Shown here piece by piece: positions 6,548 to 14,165 of a DNA stretch of 32,000 bases. This DNA is from Promethearchaeota archaeon (lineage in GTDB: Archaea > Asgardarchaeota > Lokiarchaeia > Sigyniarchaeales > Promethearchaeaceae): the NCBI GenBank assembly GCA_016933055.1, contig JAFGBS010000014.1:120001-152000 (forward strand), in the 5' to 3' direction. Every line of letters begins with the position of its first letter. Within the stretch, counting starts at the first letter, position 1. The notes beneath the pieces are model-generated. The model saw only the letters and a list, made by a program, of their open reading frames with translations, was not told the origin of the DNA and ran no database searches. Both the position numbers and the translations under genes were made by a program.

Positions 6548-8086
6548 CTATTTTTTTTGAGAATCTTCTGAAATCTCTACGTGATCGATGGTAACGGTCC
6601 CTTTTTTATCCATCATTCCCTCAGTTTCCTTGTAATACTCATATGATCGTTTCGATACCTTTTTCATGAACGCATCTATTGCTTGGTGTTTTTCGGGAGC
6701 TAATGGGGGAACTCTCTGTATTTCTAGAATTGAATTTACTTTCTCTCTGGCGCGTTGCACGATATCCTTAGATCCTTTTTTTCTCCAGGAAGTTCGCCGA
6801 TTTCTGTCTGCTAAAGCTGGCAAAAAATGAGCAGTACGCATCTGTGTTAAGGTATGCTTATCATCTAAGAAATTTGCTCCTTTCTTTTCACTTCTTACCA
6901 CTCTTTGGATAGCTTCGAGTCCAATGGTATTCTCATTAACTTCTATACCCTCCATTGTGTGTTTAATCATACTCACAAGCTCGTCATCAATTACCAGAAG
7001 CTCCAGTGCTTCAGCTAATGTAGCTTCATAGGAACCCGCACACGTAATATAATTACATCCTGCTTGAGCCGCTAGCATTAATGTTTGATACCGTTCAAAT
7101 CCATTTTGCATATCTAATAGTTTGGAATCGGTAACTGCACCAGGACCACGAGATGGAATATTATAATATCGCCCCAGCTGTGCAATTCCGGCTGTGATTA
7201 ACCCGGTTTCCACCGAACCCATGGCAGAATTCCCCGTTCGCATATCCGTTATATGAGAAACAGTACCGTAAAGTACTGGTGCTCTTGGATTATAGATCTG
7301 AGCCAGAACAGCCCCAGCAAGGATTTCAGCATTGGTTTGGGCAAGTAATCCAGCTAGCGTTATAGGTGCAGTAGATCCTGCTAAAGCTTCTGGTGCTAAG
7401 ATTGTAGGTTGTTTATATTTCGCAAACACTTCAAAACCATTTGTCATCAATTGAGAGAATGAGAGAGGACTGGTAATTGAAAAGAATCCTATTAAACGAG
7501 GGTGAGTAATAAGTTCATTTTTTCCACCCACGATAATTGAGAGTAAATCCATCATATCTTGACTTGGAAGTCTTCCAAAACAGCCTAACCCATAGGGTTT
7601 AGTAGAATTCTGTGCCCAAGCCTTAATTACGTGACAATGTAATTCAAGATAAGGGACATCATGGGGCCAGACATCGACATGCGAACAAATGATGTTTTTT
7701 AATGAATCTACTATCCGAATCTGGTTAATGGTATCGGTAAGAACAGTTTTTCGGACACCCCGCTGATGTTCAGGATCATAAATTCTAACAGGGGTGCCAA
7801 TAGTAGCATATTGAGTAGAGTGAGTGTTCACTTCTGCCGTGAAATCACCATCCCTACCATGGAGAACAAAGGAATCTGGTATTAATTTGAGCTTCTCTTT
7901 CACGAGATCATTAGGAAATTTTACATAAGGTGAGTCGTCAGCTACGATAGCCCCATTTTCATTCAGAGATATCCTTAAGCCGGGATCTTCCACATTAATA
8001 CCAATCTCTTCAAGAATTTGCATAGATGCATTGTGAATCTCTTTTATTTCATCCGAAGAAAATATCTCCAATTTAGGTAATTTCAT
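6548..8086 (-). CDS. Trimethylamine methyltransferase (MttB) superfamily, non-pyrrolysine, paralog 1
   Basis: EIKEIHNASMQILEEIGI, LAGSTAPITLAGLLAQTNAEILAG, APVLYGT, LGRYYNIPSRGPGAVTDSKLLDMQNGFE. No in-frame amber codon. Confidence 0.92.
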   Translation of the reverse strand: MKLPKLEIFSSDEIKEIHNASMQILEEIGINVEDPGLRISLNENGAIVADDSPYVKFPNDLVKEKLKLIPDSFVLHGRDGDFTAEVNTHSTQYATIGTPVRIYDPEHQRGVRKTVLTDTINQIRIVDSLKNIICSHVDVWPHDVPYLELHCHVIKAWAQNSTKPYGLGCFGRLPSQDMMDLLSIIVGGKNELITHPRLIGFFSITSPLSFSQLMTNGFEVFAKYKQPTILAPEALAGSTAPITLAGLLAQTNAEILAGAVLAQIYNPRAPVLYGTVSHITDMRTGNSAMGSVETGLITAGIAQLGRYYNIPSRGPGAVTDSKLLDMQNGFERYQTLMLAAQAGCNYITCAGSYEATLAEALELLVIDDELVSMIKHTMEGIEVNENTIGLEAIQRVVRSEKKGANFLDDKHTLTQMRTAHFLPALADRNRRTSWRKKGSKDIVQRAREKVNSILEIQRVPPLAPEKHQAIDAFMKKVSKRSYEYYKETEGMMDKKGTVTIDHVEISEDSQKK

Positions 8087-8100
8087 CTAGAGTTCCTCTT

Positions 8101-8742
8101 TTATGAAACCAAACCAAGACAGAGTTTTACTGCTCCAATAGCATCATCTGCCCATCCATCTGCCCCGATATTCTTAGCCCAATCTTCGGATGTAGGTGCA
8201 CCACCTACTACAACTTTAAATTTGTCGCGCTTTCCTTCTCTCTTCAATAGTTCAATGAATTTTCTCTGAATATCCATAGAAATAGAGAGAAGTGCTGACA
8301 TTCCGATGATTGTGGCTCCAAATTCTTCTGCTTTTTCCAAAAACATTTCCGGGGCGACATCTACACCTAAATTATGCACTTCAAAACCATTCGCAAAGAG
8401 AAAAGAACCAACCAAGTCCTTCCCAATCGAGTGAATATCGCCTTCTACAGTACCTAAAACGACAACACCTTTAGTTTCTTTTTTTACTCCCGATTCCCGG
8501 ATAATCGGATCAAGTAATTCATCGATAGTAACCTTAACTGTATTGGCAGCAGCAATTAGTTCCGGTAAAAAAATCTCTTCTTTTTCGAATCGATCCCCTA
8601 CCTGTTTCATTACATCTCCAATCATCCTCAAAAGTTCTACTGCGGTAGCTTGTTTATTATCTAATGAAGTTTTACAGATTGATTTCACCTTATTTTCATC
8701 AAAATCTAAAACAGCGGTTTGAAGTTGTTCTTTTAAAGACAT
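8101..8742 (-). CDS. Corrinoid (B12-binding) methyl-acceptor protein, MttC/MtbC type
   Basis: Cap domain (GDRFEKEEIFLPELIAAA), GTVEGDIHSIGK (DxHxxG cobalt ligand), IIGMSALL, VVVGGAP, IGADGWADDA. Confidence 0.93.
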   Translation of the reverse strand: MSLKEQLQTAVLDFDENKVKSICKTSLDNKQATAVELLRMIGDVMKQVGDRFEKEEIFLPELIAAANTVKVTIDELLDPIIRESGVKKETKGVVVLGTVEGDIHSIGKDLVGSFLFANGFEVHNLGVDVAPEMFLEKAEEFGATIIGMSALLSISMDIQRKFIELLKREGKRDKFKVVVGGAPTSEDWAKNIGADGWADDAIGAVKLCLGLVS

Positions 8743-8851
8743 AAGGATAGGATCAATGTGGATGTAAAAAAAGCTTGTCTAGAGTTCCGATTTTAGAAGT
8801 TGAATAAAAATATTAGTTACGAAGCTGAACTAAGAACCAAGGTGCACTATA

Positions 8852-10387
8852 TTGAAACTGCAAAAATTGGAAGCATTATCCCATGCTGAAGTGGAAACAA
8901 TCCATGAATCTACTCTTCGTTTGTTAGAAGATGTTGGCGTTATGGTTCACTCTCAAGAAGCGAGAGATTTATTGAAACAAAATGGATGCATTATTGATGA
9001 AAGTCCCTCAAATTTCTTCCATTACGTGAAATATCCACGACATGTAGTGGAAAAGTATCTAAAATTAGTGCCAGATAAATTTACTTTACATGGTGTGGAT
9101 GGATCTTATAATTTCACGGTAGATACTGAAACAACTCATTATGCAACTGTAGGCACTCCAGTTAAGATATTTGCTCCAGAAAAAAAAAAGAGTGTCCGGA
9201 CATCTGTTCTGGCAGACACGATTAACCAAATCCGAGTTGTAGATTCATTAAAAAACATTAAATGTTCTCATAGTGACGTTTGGGCTAATGATGTGGAATA
9301 TCTCCAGTTGCATTGTCATGTAATTAAAGCTTGGGCTAAAAACAGTCGTAAACCCTTTGGATTAGGGGCTCTGGGCCGTACTGCATCGCAAGATATGATG
9401 AATTTGCTTAGCATTTTGGTGGGTGGTGGTGAAGAACTTAAGAAAAGACCGCGTTTAATTGGTTTTTATAATCCTACTAGTCCCTTACTTCATCCTACCA
9501 TCATGCTTAATGGATTAGTGGTATTTGCGAAATATAAACAGCCCCTTATAATAGCTCCTGCCGCAAGTGCAGGTTCTACTGCTCCAGTAACTCTTGCAGG
9601 ATTGATCGTGCAAACCAATATGGAAGCTCTATCTGCAATTGTTCTTACTCAAATGGTGAATTCTGGAGCCCCAGTGCTTTATTCTACTATGTCCGCTCCA
9701 ATGGATCCTCTAACAAGCAACGTATCTTGGGGGAGTATCGAAACGGGATTAATTACTTCTGCATTTGCTCAACTTGGTCGATATTACCGAATCCCCAGTC
9801 GGGGACCTGGTTGTGTTACTGAATCAAAGATTTTCGATATCCAGAACGGGTATGAACGCTTTATGACTCTTTTTTGTGCGGCAACAAGTGGAATCAATTA
9901 TATAACGTGTGCAGGAACGTATGAGAGTTCTTTAACAGAAGCATTAGAATTGTGGATAATCGATGACGACCTTATGAGTATTGTCTCTAGAGCAAAAGAG
10001 GGAATTATGGTTGATGATAACACACTTGCTACTGATGTAATACGAGAAATATCCCAAAAGGAAAAGAAACATTATTTGGGGCATAAACATTCCGTACGAA
10101 ACATTCGTAACGAATTATATGTTTCAAAATTAGCGGATCGTAATCGTCGCACCATTTGGAAAAAAAATGGATCCAAAGACATTGTACAACGAGCAAAAGA
10201 AATTGTGGAACATATTTTAGAAACTCAAAAAGGACTCGGAATGGATCCTGCTATCGAAAAACGATTTGATGAGTACTGGGATACTTATGTTAAGCCTCGG
10301 ACCATGGATGATTTCAGAAAATTAGAAGGTATGGAAAACGCTACTGAATCAGGAGTATCCTACGGACAAGATATAACTGGAGGATAA
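8852..10387 (+). CDS. MttB superfamily methyltransferase, non-pyrrolysine, paralog 2
   Basis: Same motifs as paralog 1 (AGSTAPVTLAGLIVQTNMEAL; LGRYYRIPSRGPGCVTESKIFDIQNGYE). TTG start with AGGTG upstream. Confidence 0.92.
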   Translation: MKLQKLEALSHAEVETIHESTLRLLEDVGVMVHSQEARDLLKQNGCIIDESPSNFFHYVKYPRHVVEKYLKLVPDKFTLHGVDGSYNFTVDTETTHYATVGTPVKIFAPEKKKSVRTSVLADTINQIRVVDSLKNIKCSHSDVWANDVEYLQLHCHVIKAWAKNSRKPFGLGALGRTASQDMMNLLSILVGGGEELKKRPRLIGFYNPTSPLLHPTIMLNGLVVFAKYKQPLIIAPAASAGSTAPVTLAGLIVQTNMEALSAIVLTQMVNSGAPVLYSTMSAPMDPLTSNVSWGSIETGLITSAFAQLGRYYRIPSRGPGCVTESKIFDIQNGYERFMTLFCAATSGINYITCAGTYESSLTEALELWIIDDDLMSIVSRAKEGIMVDDNTLATDVIREISQKEKKHYLGHKHSVRNIRNELYVSKLADRNRRTIWKKNGSKDIVQRAKEIVEHILETQKGLGMDPAIEKRFDEYWDTYVKPRTMDDFRKLEGMENATESGVSYGQDITGG

Positions 10388-10391
10388 GTTA

Positions 10392-11681
10392 ATGAGTGAA
10401 AATTTAGACAATAAAGAAGAACGAGATGTAAAACAAGATGAACGTAATCGAAAAAAATGGGATAAATGGCGATTTGAAACTCAACTGATGCGTGCTGGAG
10501 AAGAACCATATCCAGAAACCTCTCATTCATTGCGAGTGCCTATTTATGCAACAAAATCCTACACATTTTCGAAATTAGATGATCTAATGCAAGATCGGTA
10601 TTATTATTCGCGAACTGAAAATCCAACTCGATTTGCACTGGATCAAAAACTAGCTACCTTACATGGAGGTGAGGCATGTCTGAGTGTCGCTTCTGGTATG
10701 GCAGCTATACATCAGTGCTGCAGTTCTGTACTCCAGCAACATCTGGAACGCGTTAAACCAAATAAAGCCAGAAAATTATTACCTCAATCACATCCTGACG
10801 ATATACCCAACATTATAATCCATAATAACCAGTACACGGGAACACATCGTTTGTTTACCAGTCTTTACCCTCAGATGGGAATTGAATGCAGACGGGTGAA
10901 TATGGAAGATCTATCTGAAGTGAAAAATACTATAGATGAGAACACTAAACTGATTTTTATAGAAACTCCGGTGAATCCAAATGTACATGTCTTGGACATC
11001 CAAGCCTTATCCGATGTTATCCATGAAGTGGGGGGAGTGAGTATTATAGACAATACTTGGGCATCACCTTCTATTACCAAGCCATTGGAGTTTGGAGCAG
11101 ATATTGTTGTAGAAAGCCTAACAAAATATATCAACGGACATGGTGATGTGGTTGCTGGAGCAATAATTGGAGGGAAGAATAGGATTCGGGATATTAGATA
11201 TTATTGGAATGAGACTCAAGGAGCAGTACTTAGCCCATTTGACTCATACTTAGTATTACGGGGAATTAAAACCTTAGATTTACGTATGAGAAAACATTCC
11301 CAAAATGCAATGAAAGTAGCAAAAGCCTTAGAGAAGCACGAAAACGTAATGAATGTGACCTATCCTGGACTGGAAACTCATCCACAATATAACATCGTAA
11401 AAAAGCAAATGAAACTCAACGGAGGGATGGTAGGAATTGAACTACCATCAGAAGAAGCCAGTCTAAAGTTCATCGATAATTTGGAACTCATAAAAATAGG
11501 AGTGAGTTTGGGAGATACTACGAGTTTAATTGAATACACTGCATTTATGACAGGAATTGATCTTTCACCGTGGGAACGAAAATCCATGCAGATTTCTAAA
11601 TCACAATTCCGATTATCGGTAGGTTTGGAAGATGCACGTGATTTAATTCAAGATCTGAAAAATGCTTTAGATGCTATATGA
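10392..11681 (+). CDS. PLP-dependent Cys/Met metabolism enzyme (cystathionine gamma-lyase/synthase, methionine gamma-lyase family)
   Basis: YYSRTENPT, SGMAAI, ETPVNP, DNTWASP, ESLTKYINGHGDVVAG (PLP lysine), VSLGDTTSLI, RLSVGLED. Confidence 0.92.
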   Translation: MSENLDNKEERDVKQDERNRKKWDKWRFETQLMRAGEEPYPETSHSLRVPIYATKSYTFSKLDDLMQDRYYYSRTENPTRFALDQKLATLHGGEACLSVASGMAAIHQCCSSVLQQHLERVKPNKARKLLPQSHPDDIPNIIIHNNQYTGTHRLFTSLYPQMGIECRRVNMEDLSEVKNTIDENTKLIFIETPVNPNVHVLDIQALSDVIHEVGGVSIIDNTWASPSITKPLEFGADIVVESLTKYINGHGDVVAGAIIGGKNRIRDIRYYWNETQGAVLSPFDSYLVLRGIKTLDLRMRKHSQNAMKVAKALEKHENVMNVTYPGLETHPQYNIVKKQMKLNGGMVGIELPSEEASLKFIDNLELIKIGVSLGDTTSLIEYTAFMTGIDLSPWERKSMQISKSQFRLSVGLEDARDLIQDLKNALDAI

Positions 11682-11706
11682 TCTCTCAAATCTCGAATAA
11701 ATTGTG

Positions 11707-12267
11707 CTATTTTTCTTTTTTGGAAAAACCTTGCAATCCAATCAGTGTTTTTTTCTCAGTTTTATAATACATACCATTCATATATAAAATAAAATCGATT
11801 TTGTCACTTTGGATACTCTGATTTGTGATATATAACTCATCTAGGTGATTTGCTACAATCTCTCCAAAAAATACGGTATGAGACCCTAAGGATTGAAATC
11901 CCACGGTTTTGCATTCCATATTACAAGGGAATTCTGCGATTAAAGGAGTGTTCACAACTATCCCCTTCTCTTTAGTCAATCCCAATAGTTCCCACTTATT
12001 GTGATTTCTTCCACTTATAGTTCCACATGCATCCATAATTTTGGTCTGTTCTACAGTTGGTATATTGAGTACAAATTCCGGGTAAGTTTCAAGAAGGGTG
12101 TGTGAATATCTTGCCGGATGAACTCCGATCGCGATTACTGGGGGATTCATACACACCTTTCCCACATAAGCAAGAGTAATTATATTTGCATTACCCCAGT
12201 TCCCAACAGTAACACATGCGATTGGCATGGAAAATAAGGTTTGATTTATACTAACTTCCTTTTTCAT
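11707..12267 (-). CDS. Flavin reductase-like FMN-binding protein (flavoredoxin, DIM6/NTAB family)
   Basis: ANIITLAYVG, PPVIAIGVHPARYSH, EFVLNIP, CGTISGRNHNKW, PLIAEFPCNMEC, LGSHTVFFGEIV. Start set to the ATG at 12267 rather than 12300. Confidence 0.88.
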   Translation of the reverse strand: MKKEVSINQTLFSMPIACVTVGNWGNANIITLAYVGKVCMNPPVIAIGVHPARYSHTLLETYPEFVLNIPTVEQTKIMDACGTISGRNHNKWELLGLTKEKGIVVNTPLIAEFPCNMECKTVGFQSLGSHTVFFGEIVANHLDELYITNQSIQSDKIDFILYMNGMYYKTEKKTLIGLQGFSKKEK

Positions 12268-12309
12268 ATAATAAAATGAGAAAGAATATGAAAAAAACAT
12301 AACTCACAT

Positions 12310-13707
12310 TTAGTGGTTTTCAGTGTGACGATGTTGCACTTTTTCTTTCTTTTGTTGATGCATCTCATCCAATTGAAACTTAATTTCCTTGACTCGCTTT
12401 TTTGAATATGGAAACACGAACAAACAGATTAAACAAATCATGAGAGATATTGCGGGAAATCCAGCTACTAAAAATCGGATTCCAAATTCCGTGGTTTTCC
12501 CAGGATCAGGAGTCCACTCTCCCCAGCCAGTTCCCTCAAATACTAGTGTAATGCAAAGTATGGATAATATCATTGAAAGTCGCATAAAAAAGTTGGTGAT
12601 CCCGAAGAACGTCCCTTCTCTTCTCACGCCAGTTTTTAGTTCATCTTCATCGATCACATCCGCCACTATTAGATAGATATAATACAAACAACCTCCAAAT
12701 CCTAAACCCATTGCACCTGCTGTGTATGCTGCTTGCATATAATCTGTAATAAAGAACAGCGGAATAGAAGTCCCAACGTAAAAGATAATGGATATAATAA
12801 AGCTTATTTTGCTTCCAATCTTGCGGTGAAGTAACCACCACAGTGGAACGGTTATGAATCCGACAATAAAGAGAATCGCGGTTAGTATAGATGCACTGAA
12901 AGCATCCACATCTAAAATATGCTTTCCAAAGAGGGGAATGACGGTTCCTATCGTAAGAATAAAAAATTCATAGAAAAAATAGATAATTGTATAGATAATA
13001 AAACCTTTGTTCTTGAATGCATACTTTAATCCTTGAAGAAAACTAAATTCATGTTTGTGATCTAGAGAAAATTCAGATCGTTCCTTAATTCCCCAAATCA
13101 ATGAAATTATGACGGTAATGGCTACTATCAATGAAATTACTATTCCATTTATAAGGTATCCTTTTTCGACTTCAATATCGACAATTATGGACCCCGAAAG
13201 GAGATATGCTGCCAATAACCCGATGATGGATGCAAGTTGTTTAAAGGTATTCGACGATGCTCTTTGTTTCTCCGTCAAATACATTTCCGGAAATAGTGTA
13301 TCATATGGTAATGCTAAGCAAGTATAAAAAATATCCCACGCAATCAGCATACCGAGTAAATACCAAAATAGACCAATATCCGTCCTCACGGGCGGAATCC
13401 ACAACACAATTTCCACTACAATTACACCGAGTAACCCAAAGATAATGTAGGGTTTTCGTCTTCCAATCTTTGTTTGTGTTCTATCTGACAAGTAACCGAT
13501 TAATGGATCGTTAACAGCATTCCATAAACTCCAGATCACAAATGCTAATCCGATATATATCGCATCTAGCTTTAAAGCGCTAAAATAAAAGGAAAAAACC
13601 CAAGTACTAAAAGCTGCATTAACAGCCCAAAGGGCTAGATTACCAAAATTAAACGCTACATGTTGAGTCCATCTGGAATAATATCGGTCGTTATTTAGTT
13701 CGTTCAT
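12310..13707 (-). CDS. MFS transporter, glycoside-pentoside-hexuronide (GPH/MelB) cation symporter family
   Basis: WNAVNDPLIGYLSDRTQTKIGRRKPY; ADVIDEDELKTGVRREGTFFG; about 12 hydrophobic segments. Confidence 0.9.
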   Translation of the reverse strand: MNELNNDRYYSRWTQHVAFNFGNLALWAVNAAFSTWVFSFYFSALKLDAIYIGLAFVIWSLWNAVNDPLIGYLSDRTQTKIGRRKPYIIFGLLGVIVVEIVLWIPPVRTDIGLFWYLLGMLIAWDIFYTCLALPYDTLFPEMYLTEKQRASSNTFKQLASIIGLLAAYLLSGSIIVDIEVEKGYLINGIVISLIVAITVIISLIWGIKERSEFSLDHKHEFSFLQGLKYAFKNKGFIIYTIIYFFYEFFILTIGTVIPLFGKHILDVDAFSASILTAILFIVGFITVPLWWLLHRKIGSKISFIISIIFYVGTSIPLFFITDYMQAAYTAGAMGLGFGGCLYYIYLIVADVIDEDELKTGVRREGTFFGITNFFMRLSMILSILCITLVFEGTGWGEWTPDPGKTTEFGIRFLVAGFPAISLMICLICLFVFPYSKKRVKEIKFQLDEMHQQKKEKVQHRHTENH

Positions 13708-13799
13708 AATTTTTTATTTGTTACAAGGTAATATATGAAGTTTTAAGTTCTCCCTATTTGAAAAGAAAACAATTTTTGTAAGTATTAATTACAGTCCCC

Positions 13800-14165
13800 A
13801 TGAATCTATATTTTGTCTTGAAGCAGTTCATTGGAGATTATTGGAATTGCGATCTAGACTGGGAAAAAATGAATTCTGGAAATTTTTTGCAACAGCATAT
13901 CATAAAAGCAGTAGAATTGTCTCTGAGTAGTATTGTAAAATGGTTGGATTATAATTTTTCTCCTCAAGGATACACCTATCTTGCCGTACTATCCAATTCC
14001 TCCATCATCTTGCATACATGGCCGGAAGAATCCTTTATTTCGGTAGAAATATTTACCTGTACGGAAGAATCTAATCCAGAAGCGGGATTACGGTATTTAG
14101 CAGAGATTTTTAAACCGAAATTATTCAAGATTCATCATGTTAAGCGAGATGAAATGGAATCATAA
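13800..14165 (+). CDS. S-adenosylmethionine decarboxylase proenzyme-like protein (SpeD/SpeH class 1B), atypical cleavage motif
   Basis: FSPQG...HTWPEE...VEIFTC are family hallmarks. The canonical ESH is replaced by NSS. Confidence 0.8.
   Translation: MNLYFVLKQFIGDYWNCDLDWEKMNSGNFLQQHIIKAVELSLSSIVKWLDYNFSPQGYTYLAVLSNSSIILHTWPEESFISVEIFTCTEESNPEAGLRYLAEIFKPKLFKIHHVKRDEMES

Noticed and set aside
6548-10387. Pyrrolysine read-through in the MttB genes
   Set aside because: Both ORFs are uninterrupted and have Val codons (GTT) at the equivalent position.
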